From NCBI GenBank assembly GCA_964392925.1, contig CAYMRP010000004.1, positions 71,184 to 135,183 of the forward strand: a DNA stretch of 64,000 nucleotides, read 5' to 3'. Position 1 is the first letter of the stretch; each line of letters begins with the position of its first letter. This document shows, piece after piece, positions 48,160 through 58,197 of this stretch. This DNA comes from an uncultured Gammaproteobacteria bacterium (GTDB taxonomy: Bacteria; Patescibacteriota; Microgenomatia; Daviesbacterales; UBA10151). The notes below the pieces were generated by a model. That model was not told the DNA's origin. It ran no database searches and saw nothing but the letters and a program-made list of their open reading frames with translations. A program made the translations under genes and the position numbers.

Positions 48160-48561
48160 ATGTTAAATATAACTGAGCTTTTAACTAAAATAATAAATTG
48201 GGGAAATTCTGAAGAAAGTATTCAAGCCATTGGTTTAGTTGGATCTCACGCCAGAAAAGCAGCAACAGATGATTCAGATGTTGATCTAATGATCATTTGT
48301 AAAAATCCCGAAAATTATATTTCTGACGAAGATTGGATTCACAATTTCGGTCAAGTAAAAGAAATAAAAAATGAAATATGGAGTCAGTTAAAAACCAAAA
48401 GGGTTTTCTACACGAACGGCTTAGAAGTTGAATTTAATTTCGACAAAGCTTCTTGGGCAAATCATGAAGATTCAGGAACTAAAAGAGTTATTACAGATGG
48501 AATAAAGATTCTAGTAGATAAAGAAAAAATTCTGGAAAATTTACAAAAGTTTTTTAAGTAG
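48160..48561 (+). CDS. Minimal nucleotidyltransferase (pol-beta superfamily, MNT/ANT-like)
   Basis: IGLVGSHARKAATDDSDVDLMII carries the GS...DxD motif. 133 aa. Confidence 0.55.
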   Translation: MLNITELLTKIINWGNSEESIQAIGLVGSHARKAATDDSDVDLMIICKNPENYISDEDWIHNFGQVKEIKNEIWSQLKTKRVFYTNGLEVEFNFDKASWANHEDSGTKRVITDGIKILVDKEKILENLQKFFK

Positions 48562-48620
48562 CGCGTACGGGAGTCGAACCCGTTCTGCTAGATTGAGAAT
48601 CTAACGTCCTAACCGGTAGA
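48559..48620 (-). tRNA. tRNA-Glu (anticodon CUC), ~72 nt
   Basis: The reverse complement folds as a cloverleaf: acceptor GGCGCGT/ACGCGCU, D arm GTCT/GGAC, anticodon stem TTAGA/TCTAG with loop TTCTCAA (U33-CUC-A37), T arm ACGGG-TTCGACT-CCCGT. CCA is not encoded. Confidence 0.6.
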
Positions 48621-48724
48621 CGAACGCGCCAAGAAGGTTAATTTTACCAGACTTCAGCCTTCCATGCCAATTGATATGCAAAGTCGATACTTGCCAGGAA
48701 TATTGAAAGTGCTAAACTGATGGA

Positions 48725-48994
48725 ATGTTAACGAAACAAGATATACGACAAATAGGGGAAGTAATAGAAGTTAAATTAATGCCAATCGATGAAAAAGTAA
48801 CTGGACTTGATGAAAAAGTAACTGGACTTGATGAAAAAGTAACGAAGCTCGAGAAATCTCAAAAAGCATTGAAGAAAACACTTAATAGAGTTGCAAGAGA
48901 GCAACAAGCGATTCTAGGCTTCCTGAACAAAGAAGATGTGGAGACTCGCAAGCGGGTTGATAGAATAGAAGATTATCTGGGACTTTCTTCTTAA
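48725..48994 (+). CDS. Small coiled-coil protein with a 7-aa tandem repeat (DEKVTGL x3)
   Basis: A 21-bp unit, gatgaaaaagtaactggactt, repeats about 3x in frame. Confidence 0.35.
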   Translation: MLTKQDIRQIGEVIEVKLMPIDEKVTGLDEKVTGLDEKVTKLEKSQKALKKTLNRVAREQQAILGFLNKEDVETRKRVDRIEDYLGLSS

Positions 48995-49036
48995 TAACTT
49001 CCAATATAGCCTCAAAAAATATATACTTAAGCCTCT

Positions 49037-50599
49037 ATGTATTGGGCAGATAAAGTCGCTAAACAAATTATTGATTCAGGAAAATTTAAGCCATATTTAG
49101 TGGACGATATGTTCACGCCATCCGGTTTTCCTCACATCGGATCCCTTCGCGGTCCTATTGTCCACGATTTAATTTTTAAAGCCCTCAAGAGTCAAAAACA
49201 GGATGTTAAATTTACTTTTGTCATAAACGATTTTGATCCAATCGATGGTTTGCCTCCTTCAATGGAAGAAGAATTTACGAAATATATGGGACTGCCTTTA
49301 AGAAATGCGCCTTCTCCCGTTGAAGGGTTCACTTCATTTGCCGCTTACTTTGCAGATGATTATAAAAAATCTATGAAGTCTCTTGGTGTAGAACCAGAGT
49401 TTTTATCCTCCTGGGATATGTACCACGAAGGTAAATTTGATCCAGCCATAAAACTTGCTTTAGATAATGCCGGTAAAATTCAGGACATTTATGAAGAAGT
49501 TTCCGGTAGTAAAAAAAGACAGGCTGGTTGGTTGCCTCTCCAAGTTATTTGTCAAAACTGCGGCAAAGTCGGAACCACCAGAGTTTTTGATTGGGATGGA
49601 GAAACTGTTGCCTATAAATGTGAACCTGATTTAGTTAAATGGGCTAAAGGCTGCGATAACGAAGGCCGCATCTCTCCATTCGGCGGAAATGGTAAATTAC
49701 CCTGGAAAGTCGATTGGCCATCTCATTGGCTGGTGATTGGTGTAACCATTGAGGGTGCCGGAAAAGATCACTCTTCTGCCGGCGGCTCACGTGATATCGC
49801 CCGAGAACTTTTAAAACAAATCTTCAAAATAGAAGAGCCGTTTAATTTGCCGTATGAATTCTTCTTAATCGGTGGTAAAAAAATGGCCTCCTCAAAAGGC
49901 TTGGGTTTAAAAGCCCGGGATTTAACTGAATTATTACCCTTAGAACTCGGCCGGTTTTTATTTTGTCGGGCCGACTATCGGCAGCAAGTTAATTTCGATC
50001 CTATTAACACCATGGCCATTCCGGATTTATTTGATGAATATGATCGTTGTTTCCAGGCTTTTGTTAGCAGTACAGATCCAGATTTTGCCCGGGCTTTTGA
50101 AATGAGTCATATAGGGGAGCTTCCGGAAAAAGCAAAAATATTTCTGCCCCGTTTTCGGGACGTAGCCAATTTTATTCAACAACCCACAGTCAAATTGGAA
50201 GAAAAATTCGCCGAAATTAAAGGCTCAGACTTAAATCCAATAGAAATAGAAATACTAAATGAAAGAGTTAAATATGCAAAAATCTGGCTGGATAAATTTG
50301 CCCCAGAGGATTTAAAACTTAGCCTCTCGGAAGATACTAAAAATAATTTCCAACTTTCTGCAGAGCAAAAACAATATCTTAAAGAAGTCATCAATTTAAT
50401 TGAAGAAGATTCTGATGCCGAGGAACTTCAAGCTAAACTCTACGAACTAACAAAATCCCAAGGCATAAATGCTAAACTTGGTTTTCAGGCAATCTATCAA
50501 ACATTGATCGGCAAAGATTTTGGTCCTAAAGCCGGAGCATTCATTAGGCAATATGAAAAACAGGAAGTTATTGGTAAAATAAACCAGGTTTTGAATTAA
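49037..50599 (+). CDS. lysK: Lysine--tRNA ligase, class I (archaeal type)
   Basis: MYWADKVAKQII...TPSGFPHIGSLRG (HIGH-like), DWPSHWLVIGVTIEGAGKDH, KMASSKG (KMSKS). Collinear with Pyrococcus-type LysRS-I. Confidence 0.85.
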   Translation: MYWADKVAKQIIDSGKFKPYLVDDMFTPSGFPHIGSLRGPIVHDLIFKALKSQKQDVKFTFVINDFDPIDGLPPSMEEEFTKYMGLPLRNAPSPVEGFTSFAAYFADDYKKSMKSLGVEPEFLSSWDMYHEGKFDPAIKLALDNAGKIQDIYEEVSGSKKRQAGWLPLQVICQNCGKVGTTRVFDWDGETVAYKCEPDLVKWAKGCDNEGRISPFGGNGKLPWKVDWPSHWLVIGVTIEGAGKDHSSAGGSRDIARELLKQIFKIEEPFNLPYEFFLIGGKKMASSKGLGLKARDLTELLPLELGRFLFCRADYRQQVNFDPINTMAIPDLFDEYDRCFQAFVSSTDPDFARAFEMSHIGELPEKAKIFLPRFRDVANFIQQPTVKLEEKFAEIKGSDLNPIEIEILNERVKYAKIWLDKFAPEDLKLSLSEDTKNNFQLSAEQKQYLKEVINLIEEDSDAEELQAKLYELTKSQGINAKLGFQAIYQTLIGKDFGPKAGAFIRQYEKQEVIGKINQVLN

Positions 50600-50600
50600 T

Positions 50601-51833
50601 ATGATCGATATTAAATTAATTAGAGAGCAAACAGATTTAGTTAAAGAAGGAGTTCTTAAAAAGAACTTCGATGTCTCCAAAGTTGATGCAGTTCTTGAGC
50701 TTGATAAAAAAAAGCTTGAAATGCTTCATAAAATAGAAACCCTGCGTCAGGAACGCAATACTTTAAGCCGTGATGCCATAGACAGGGGCAGAGAAATAAA
50801 AGAAGAGCTAAAACAACTTGAGCCGGATCTCGAAGTTGTTGAAAAAGAATTTAAACATTTGCTACATGAAATTCCTAATCTCCCATCTGATGAATCTCCT
50901 GTAGGTAAAGGTGAAGCCGAAAATAAAGAAGTCAGACTGGTTGGTGAAAAACCAAACTTCGACTTTGAAGCCAAAGATCATGTTGAAATTGGAAAAAATC
51001 TTGATATCTTGGACTTTGAAAACGGTGCCAAAGTTGCCGGTTCCGGCTTCTACTATTTGAAAAACGCTGGTGCAATGCTTGAAGTTGCCTTAGTAAATTA
51101 TGGTTTACTCTTTTTGTCTAAGAGGGGTTTCTCTCCAGTCATAACTCCAGACTTAGCCCGCGAAAAATTCTACTTAGGTACTGGCTACAATCCTAAAGGT
51201 GATGAAGCTCAAACATATAAAATTGAAGACTCCGATCTAGGTCTAATAGCCACCTCAGAAGTTACAATCGCTGGGTATCATGCAGATGAAATAATCCAGA
51301 ACTTAGATAACCCCAAGCTGTATGGCGGGTATTCTCATTGTTTCCGGATGGAGTCAGGGGCTTACGGTAAATACTCAAAAGGTCTATATCGGGTTCATCA
51401 GTTCACAAAAGTTGAAATGTTTGCTTACACCAAAAAAGAAGAGTCTAAAAAAATGCACGAAAGATTTCTTGAACTGGAAGAGGAATTCTGGAAGAGTTTG
51501 GGTATTCCTTACCGGGTCCTTGAAATGTGTACTGGAGATCTCGGTTCGCAAGCTGTTCGCAAATTCGATCTGGAAGCCTGGATGCCTGGCCGCGGAGATT
51601 GGGGAGAGGTTACCTCAACCTCAAATACTACCGACTACCAAGCCCGCAACTTAAATATTAAATATAAAGATGGCGGCTCGACCGAATACGCTCATATGTT
51701 AAACGGCACATTAGTCGCCACTTCAAGAGCAATCATTGCCATACTAGAAAATTTCCAGCAGGCTGATGGTTCTGTTAAAGTTCCTGAAGTTCTGGTGCCG
51801 TTTGTTGGAGTCTCCGAAATTAAATCCTCTTAA
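50601..51833 (+). CDS. serS: Serine--tRNA ligase
   Basis: MIDIKLIRE N-terminal coiled-coil arm. Class II motifs FRMESGAYG and GSTEYAHMLNGTLVATSR. 410 aa. Confidence 0.9.
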   Translation: MIDIKLIREQTDLVKEGVLKKNFDVSKVDAVLELDKKKLEMLHKIETLRQERNTLSRDAIDRGREIKEELKQLEPDLEVVEKEFKHLLHEIPNLPSDESPVGKGEAENKEVRLVGEKPNFDFEAKDHVEIGKNLDILDFENGAKVAGSGFYYLKNAGAMLEVALVNYGLLFLSKRGFSPVITPDLAREKFYLGTGYNPKGDEAQTYKIEDSDLGLIATSEVTIAGYHADEIIQNLDNPKLYGGYSHCFRMESGAYGKYSKGLYRVHQFTKVEMFAYTKKEESKKMHERFLELEEEFWKSLGIPYRVLEMCTGDLGSQAVRKFDLEAWMPGRGDWGEVTSTSNTTDYQARNLNIKYKDGGSTEYAHMLNGTLVATSRAIIAILENFQQADGSVKVPEVLVPFVGVSEIKSS

Positions 51834-51849
51834 GTCAAAATCCCTTATC

Positions 51850-53358
51850 TTAATTTACCGGTAAGCTTGATGAAGTGCCTGCCGAAGCAGCTGGACTGCC
51901 GCTAGGTGTTGGTGAAGCTTTTTGCTGAGCAGCTCTCATCGCCGGGCTAAGCGATGCTGCTGGACTTGAAGCAGGGTCTGGTGATCCGCCTACTGTAGGT
52001 GCTGGTAATGCAGTGTCTGTTGTTGGTTCCATGACTGGAACTGGAGATGGGGCAACTATTTGTGCCGGAGGATTAGTTAATGGAGCTTGTGTCTGTTGTG
52101 TTTCTTCAACAGGTAAAGAAGTTTCATCTGTAGGTGTTGGATTAGCTTGCCCCACTCCTAATATTAAATAAGCACTTAAAGCTGCAACTATCAGGATAAT
52201 TGGAATACCCGCAACTAAAAGTACTTTTGTTAAATTTAAATGCTTACCAGGAGGTGGAGCATCGCCTTCTGCTGATTGTGGTGTTGCAGAAGCCGGAGCC
52301 ATATTCAAGTTCTGATCAGCTGCAACTGGTGGGGTATAAACTCCATTCGTCTGCGAAGGTGCTGTCTCGTCACCTGCAATTAAATGCGATAAATCAGTTG
52401 GGGCATTCTCAACAGGTCCCATGTCCGGAAGAGGGGAGGCTGTAGGTGCGGCTGCAGCCTGATCAGGTTGTATTGGTGCTTGCATAGCAGCTGGATCTGC
52501 AGGCGGAGTAGTTGTAGCCCCGAGTCCCGATTGAAGTCCTGATAAATCCATCGATCCGGGTTGCGGCTGTGAGGACATAGTTTGATCCTGAATTTGGGCA
52601 GTTTCTTGTGGTGGGTTTCCAGGCTGGACATTTAGATCAATAGTAGGTGTCGCCATTGGGTCAGACATCGAAGCTGCTACTGGCGCTGCGGTTGGCGCTG
52701 AGAACTGTGACTCTGCCGGAGCCGGTTGATCCCAAGGATTAACAGTTGGTGCAGCAGGCTGAGTAGGATCACTAGGTAGCGCCGTAGCTCCTTCAAACGG
52801 ACTCTGCGGAGGAGTCGGAGTGAATGCTGTATTCAAAGGATCAGGTGGAGTAGTTGTCTGAGCACCGTATGGTGCGGCTGGTTGTTCAGGCAAAGGCGTA
52901 GGTGCTGCAGGCTGTTCAAAGGGAGGTGATGTATTAAAAGTCCCTGCTTGAGGCTGTAAAAAAGGATTAGCGGCTGCCGGATTTTCACTTGGCACTGCTG
53001 GTTCTGGAGGTGCCATCGGAGCTGTTGGTACATCTGTCGGAACAGTCGCTTGTGGGGTAGGCGGCCACGCCGCTCCTGAACTTGCGGTCGGTGTACTTGG
53101 CAATGGTGAAGAAAATCCAGGTTCTGGTGCAACAGTTTCAACCGGTACCGGGCTCCAAGGATTAGGAGCAGCTGTTGGGTTTGATTGGGCTGGATCTGAC
53201 ACAGGCATACTGGAAGAAAGGGGAGCTGATGTTGCCGATTGGTCAGGACTGCTGGACCATCCTGGAGTTTGTTGTGGAGGGGTTAATGGATCAACAGGGG
53301 CTGCGCCAAAAGGTAAACTAGGATTGTTATTTGGATTATTAGGGTCATTACTATCCAT
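51850..53358 (-). CDS. Pro/Ala/Thr-rich low-complexity protein with a single central TM helix
   Basis: A 502-aa ORF on the minus strand in an AT-rich genome. TM helix KVLLVAGIPIILIVAALSAYLILGV. The rest is P/A/T/Q-rich. Confidence 0.45.
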   Translation of the reverse strand: MDSNDPNNPNNNPSLPFGAAPVDPLTPPQQTPGWSSSPDQSATSAPLSSSMPVSDPAQSNPTAAPNPWSPVPVETVAPEPGFSSPLPSTPTASSGAAWPPTPQATVPTDVPTAPMAPPEPAVPSENPAAANPFLQPQAGTFNTSPPFEQPAAPTPLPEQPAAPYGAQTTTPPDPLNTAFTPTPPQSPFEGATALPSDPTQPAAPTVNPWDQPAPAESQFSAPTAAPVAASMSDPMATPTIDLNVQPGNPPQETAQIQDQTMSSQPQPGSMDLSGLQSGLGATTTPPADPAAMQAPIQPDQAAAAPTASPLPDMGPVENAPTDLSHLIAGDETAPSQTNGVYTPPVAADQNLNMAPASATPQSAEGDAPPPGKHLNLTKVLLVAGIPIILIVAALSAYLILGVGQANPTPTDETSLPVEETQQTQAPLTNPPAQIVAPSPVPVMEPTTDTALPAPTVGGSPDPASSPAASLSPAMRAAQQKASPTPSGSPAASAGTSSSLPVN

Positions 53359-53490
53359 GGCAGTTACTCTATAAGTTTATGCGAAGATAGCCTTAATAAT
53401 CAAGTAGTCGCATAAATTACGGTAGTGCTTTTTGCTCATTTCAGGTATAATCCCTCACACAGGGGAATTCCCAAAGTAAGAGTCAGTAAT

Positions 53491-56292
53491 ATGCTTAATT
53501 TTTTTTCTTCATTAATCGATGCCAATAAACGGGAAATTAATCGCCTCTCAAAAATCGTTGAAACCATTAATAGTTATGAAGCTAAAATCAAAAAGTTTGA
53601 CGATAAAAAGTTTAAAGAAAAAGCTCTAGATCTACGTAAAAGACATGAAAAAGGTGAAACCTTAGAGTCTCTTTTACCTGAAGCTTTTGCTTTCGCCCGC
53701 GAAGCCGCTAGCCGCAGCCTAGGCATGCGTCACTATGATGTTCAGCTAATGGCAGCCATCGCTTTGCACAGCGGTAAGATCGCCGAACAACGAACCGGTG
53801 AAGGAAAAACTATGTCTGGTGTTCCGGCCATTTTTCTAAATGCTCTTTCCGGTAAAGGTGTCCATGTAGTTACGGTAAATGATTATTTAGCTCGCCGCGA
53901 TGCAGGTTGGAATGGACCTATCTTTCATACTCTAGGTGTTTCAGTCTCAGTTATTATTCATGAAAAGGCTTTTCTTTTTGATCCAAAATATAAAGATCCA
54001 GACACAACAGATAAACGGCTTAAGAATTTAAGACCAGTCACTCGCAAAGAAGCTTATGCTGCTGATATAACTTACGGCACTAATAATGAGTTTGGTTTTG
54101 ATTATCTAAGGGACAACATGGCCAACAGCTTGGATAATATGGTTCAGCGAGGTCACAATTTCGCCATCGTTGATGAAGTAGATTCAATTTTAATTGACGA
54201 GGCCCGTACTCCATTAATTATTTCAGCCCCCGATACTGAGCCCACAGGTAAATATATTGAGTTCACCAAAATCGTCAGTCAGCTTGATGGTAAAACAGAT
54301 TATGTAGTTAACGAAAAAGAACGTGCAGCCCACATGACAGAGGAAGGTATTCTTCATATCGAAAAAATTATGGGTGTCGATAATCTTTATGAAAAAGATT
54401 TTTCTGCTCTTCACCATATAGAAGAAGCCTTAAAAGCCAGAACCCTTTTTCTTAAAGACCGCGACTATGTTGTTAAAGATGGCGAAGTAATTATTGTTGA
54501 TGAATTCACTGGCCGTTTAATGCCGGGCCGCCGTTACTCCGGAGGTCTACATCAATCAATCGAAGCCAAAGAAGGCGTTAAAATCCAACAAGAGTCAAAA
54601 ACTTTAGCCACAATTTCTTTCCAGAATTACTTCAGAATGTATAAAAAGCTTTCTGGTATGACTGGAACTGCAGCCACCGAAGCAGAAGAATTCTTTAAAA
54701 TCTATAAGCTGGAAGTAGTTATTATCCCAACTCATCAACCTATGATCAGAAAAGATAATCCTGATGCTATCTTTAAAACCCAAACCGGTAAATTGATGGC
54801 CGTCGCCTCAGAAGTTGAAAAAATTCATGCATCTGGCCAGCCTGTTTTAGTAGGTACAACTTCGATTGATAAAAACGAATTCTTATCTGAACTCTTAAAG
54901 AAAAAGCGGATCTCCCACGCACTTTTAAATGCTAAAAACCACGAACGCGAGGCCGAAATTATTGCTGATGCCGGTCAAAAAGGTTCAGTAACTGTAGCCA
55001 CTAACTTAGCCGGTCGTGGTGTCGATATTAAGCTTGGTAAAAATGTTGAAAAATTAGGCGGACTTTATGTTATCGGTACCGAACGTCACGAATCAAGGAG
55101 AATCGATAATCAATTAAGAGGCCGCTCAGGTCGTCAGGGTGACCCGGGTGCTTCCAAATTCTTTGTTTCTCTTGAAGATGATTTAATGAGAATCTTTGGC
55201 GGCGAGCAAGTCGCAAGAGTCATGGGCTTTTTAAAAATGCCGGAAGATACTCCTATCGAAAACGGTATGGTTTCCAAAGCAATTGAAGGCGCACAGAAAA
55301 AAGTTGAAGGTCATAATTTTGATATCCGTAAACATACAGTTGAATACGACGACGTTATGAATCAGCAGCGCCAGATTATTTATGGTGTCAGAAGGAATGT
55401 CCTGGATGTCTTAGCTGGAAAATCCAAAGATGGTAAATCTCTTAAGGATGAAATCATCGAAAAAATCGGCATTGAAGTCGAAGCCATCATTGATGACTAT
55501 GCGATTGAAGGGGAGATAGAATATGAAAAAATTATCGAAGATTTCTCAACCATAATTAATTTTGATCAAGCCAGCCGTAAACAGCTATTAGGCCAAATCT
55601 CAGATATCAAAGATGAAGCTAAATTAAAAGAATTTTTAGTCCGTCTCGCCGAAGATCTCTACGGTGAAAAAGAAAAAACCGTCGGTGCCGATCTGATGCG
55701 CCAAATGGAAAGCTTTGTTTACTTAAACACAATTGATACTTTTTGGATGGAACATCTCGATACAATGGATGATCTTCGCTCAGGTATCGGATTGCGCGGA
55801 TATGCCCAAAGAGATCCTCTAATCGAATATAAAAAAGAAGGCTTTGAGTTATTCGAAAAAATGATTGCTGAAATTGATTCAGAAATTGCCAGACGTATCT
55901 ATAAAGTCTCAATGCATAATCATGGGCCAGTCCAGGTTGTTTCTCCAATCGATATGTCAAAAGCCGTCGCAACCCACGATGAGGCGCTCGATGAAAAAAC
56001 CTTACTTGAAGAAGTCGGCCAGCTTATGCCGTCAGTTCCTGAAGTTCGCCACAGCGGAACCAAAATCAAAGTTGAAGGCTCAAGTAATGATGAGGCATAC
56101 TCTCAGACTCCGACTGTAGTCGAAGAACCAGTTGCTGCCGGCACCCGAGTTACTGTTGAAAGAGCCGGTCAGGTTGTCTCACAAGATGTCTATAACGATA
56201 CAGGTTCGCTCCAAAGGAAAAAGCCTGGCAGAAATGACCCCTGCCACTGCGGTTCAGGCAAAAAATATAAAAAATGCCATTATCCTAATTAG
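53491..56292 (+). CDS. secA: Preprotein translocase ATPase SecA
   Basis: MLNFFSSLIDANKREI start. DEAD-like motor motifs (GEGKT, DEVDSILIDEARTPLIIS). C-terminal zinc finger CHCGSGKKYKKCH. Confidence 0.9.
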   Translation: MLNFFSSLIDANKREINRLSKIVETINSYEAKIKKFDDKKFKEKALDLRKRHEKGETLESLLPEAFAFAREAASRSLGMRHYDVQLMAAIALHSGKIAEQRTGEGKTMSGVPAIFLNALSGKGVHVVTVNDYLARRDAGWNGPIFHTLGVSVSVIIHEKAFLFDPKYKDPDTTDKRLKNLRPVTRKEAYAADITYGTNNEFGFDYLRDNMANSLDNMVQRGHNFAIVDEVDSILIDEARTPLIISAPDTEPTGKYIEFTKIVSQLDGKTDYVVNEKERAAHMTEEGILHIEKIMGVDNLYEKDFSALHHIEEALKARTLFLKDRDYVVKDGEVIIVDEFTGRLMPGRRYSGGLHQSIEAKEGVKIQQESKTLATISFQNYFRMYKKLSGMTGTAATEAEEFFKIYKLEVVIIPTHQPMIRKDNPDAIFKTQTGKLMAVASEVEKIHASGQPVLVGTTSIDKNEFLSELLKKKRISHALLNAKNHEREAEIIADAGQKGSVTVATNLAGRGVDIKLGKNVEKLGGLYVIGTERHESRRIDNQLRGRSGRQGDPGASKFFVSLEDDLMRIFGGEQVARVMGFLKMPEDTPIENGMVSKAIEGAQKKVEGHNFDIRKHTVEYDDVMNQQRQIIYGVRRNVLDVLAGKSKDGKSLKDEIIEKIGIEVEAIIDDYAIEGEIEYEKIIEDFSTIINFDQASRKQLLGQISDIKDEAKLKEFLVRLAEDLYGEKEKTVGADLMRQMESFVYLNTIDTFWMEHLDTMDDLRSGIGLRGYAQRDPLIEYKKEGFELFEKMIAEIDSEIARRIYKVSMHNHGPVQVVSPIDMSKAVATHDEALDEKTLLEEVGQLMPSVPEVRHSGTKIKVEGSSNDEAYSQTPTVVEEPVAAGTRVTVERAGQVVSQDVYNDTGSLQRKKPGRNDPCHCGSGKKYKKCHYPN

Positions 56293-56300
56293 GTTTTTCT

Positions 56301-56723
56301 ATGATAAAAACAGCCAGCGAAATAGTTGACCAACTTAGAACCGAAGGTCACCGTATCACCCCGATTAGAAATCGGATTCTCGATATTCTCTCCAAGAGCA
56401 CAGAGCCTATTTCGGCATTAGATTTAATAGCAGACTTTAAATCCTCAAATCTTAACGTTAACAAAACCACCATCTACCGGGAAATAGAATTTTTATTAGG
56501 CAAAAATCTTATTAATGAAGTTGAATTTGGAGATGGCAAAAAAAGATACGAGATGGATAATGGGCATCACCATCACTTAGTTTGCTTAAAGTGTGGCAAA
56601 GTTGAAGATGTTAGTTTGGAGACGGATTTATCATCGGAAGAAAAAAAGATAGAAAAAGAAACAGGTTTTAAAGTTGAATCTCATTCATTAGAATTTTTTG
56701 GAATTTGTAAAACCTGCCAATAG
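56301..56723 (+). CDS. Fur-family metal-responsive transcriptional regulator (Fur/Zur/PerR)
   Basis: Winged-helix N-terminus. HHHHLVCLKCGKV...CKTCQ metal sites. 140 aa. Confidence 0.75.
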   Translation: MIKTASEIVDQLRTEGHRITPIRNRILDILSKSTEPISALDLIADFKSSNLNVNKTTIYREIEFLLGKNLINEVEFGDGKKRYEMDNGHHHHLVCLKCGKVEDVSLETDLSSEEKKIEKETGFKVESHSLEFFGICKTCQ

Positions 56724-56808
56724 AACTTTACTAAAGGTAAGTTGTTTACTAACAGCGATTTTCGTGCTAACTTAATCAAGTCAAATTCAAAACGAAAGGG
56801 GGTGTTTT

Positions 56809-57291
56809 ATGGAAGAACAAGTAAATACACAAGGCAGTTTGCCGAAGTTTGTAATGCCCACTGTTGTTGCAGCTCTAATAGTGTTCGCAGTTATCGGTTA
56901 TTATTTTTATAATTCCGGCTCAAATAACTCGTCTCAGCCAGCATCCACTATGGAAGGCCAAGGTTCTCCTGCAGCGGTTTCAGAAAGTAATTCGAATTAT
57001 AAAAATGGTACTTACACCATTAACGGGGAATACGTTAGCCCAGGAGGGCCCAGAGAAATTGGGGTAACTTTAACTTTGACTGATGGTTTAGTAACCGCAG
57101 CAGAGAGTCAGGTGCTCGCCGAGGATGCCACCTCTAAAAGATTCCAAACCGAGTTCGTTGAAGGTTTTAAACCAATGGTTATTGGTAAAAGTCTAAACGA
57201 AGTCGTTCTATCAAAAGTTTCGGGCTCATCTTTAACTCCTAAAGGATTTAATGATGCTGTCGAAAAGATTAAAGTTGAGGCTCAGTCTTAA
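56809..57291 (+). CDS. Membrane-anchored FMN-binding domain protein (NqrC/RnfG-like)
   Basis: N-terminal TM helix. GTYTINGEYVSPGGPREIGVTLTLTDGLVTAAE resembles FMN_bind domains. A candidate flavinylation site sits at the C-terminus (VSGSSLT, compare S/TGAT). Confidence 0.5.
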   Translation: MEEQVNTQGSLPKFVMPTVVAALIVFAVIGYYFYNSGSNNSSQPASTMEGQGSPAAVSESNSNYKNGTYTINGEYVSPGGPREIGVTLTLTDGLVTAAESQVLAEDATSKRFQTEFVEGFKPMVIGKSLNEVVLSKVSGSSLTPKGFNDAVEKIKVEAQS

Positions 57292-58170
57292 ATGATTTGG
57301 GATCAAAAGTTTAATTTTGAAGAAATAGGAACCTCATGGACTATTGAATATTCAGGAGTCTCAAAACTTTCACCTGAATTACTTATAGAAAAGATCCGCG
57401 CAGAAATTAATAAATTCTCGCGGGTTTTTTCTAGGTTTGACAAAAATTCAGCGGTTTTTAAATCAAGTAAAACCGCATCTGAGATTATTATTCCGGAAGC
57501 TTATTTACCGCTTCTAGCTATCTATAAATCTTTATATAAATTAACTGACGGTTTATTCACTCCTCTTGTTGGAAATTTACTTTCTGAATCAGGCTACGAC
57601 GAAGATTATTCTCTGGTTCAAAAAAAATTAAATCCTGTTCCGCAGTGGGACCAAGTTATTGAGATTTCCGGAGAAACAATTAAATTTAAAAAGCCCTGGC
57701 TTCTAGATTTTGGCGCGGCCGGCAAAGGATTTATTGTTGATCTGATAGGGGAGTTGCTGGAAGATCAAAATATTAAGTCCTATTGTATAGATGCCGGCGG
57801 AGACATTCGCTATAAATCTGATAACAATGAAAAACTAAAAATCGGCCTTGAGCACCCCGATAATTTAGATCAGGTTCTTGGAGTTGCAGATCTAGAAACA
57901 GGTAGTATTTGCGGCTCATCTGGAAATCGCCGCAAATGGGCAAATCTTCACCATATTTTCAACCCTAAAAAACTTGATTCTGTTAGAGAAGTCCTGGCAG
58001 TTTGGGTAATTTCAGATACTACTTTAATAGCAGATGCTCTCTCGACAGCTTTATTCTTTGTAAACCCGGAAAAGCTTTTAGGAGATTTTAAGTTTCAATT
58101 TCTAATAATTTACCCGGATTTCACTTTTAAAAAATCCCCAAACTTCCCCGGTGAAGTATATGTGGCATGA
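57292..58170 (+). CDS. apbE: FAD:protein FMN transferase (ApbE family)
   Basis: GAAGKGFIVD and IDAGGDI, compare the ApbE GxxAKGYAVD and NLGGD motifs. About 290 aa. Confidence 0.7.
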   Translation: MIWDQKFNFEEIGTSWTIEYSGVSKLSPELLIEKIRAEINKFSRVFSRFDKNSAVFKSSKTASEIIIPEAYLPLLAIYKSLYKLTDGLFTPLVGNLLSESGYDEDYSLVQKKLNPVPQWDQVIEISGETIKFKKPWLLDFGAAGKGFIVDLIGELLEDQNIKSYCIDAGGDIRYKSDNNEKLKIGLEHPDNLDQVLGVADLETGSICGSSGNRRKWANLHHIFNPKKLDSVREVLAVWVISDTTLIADALSTALFFVNPEKLLGDFKFQFLIIYPDFTFKKSPNFPGEVYVA

Positions 58171-58197
58171 GATGTCCAAGTCGGGTAAACTAGAATA

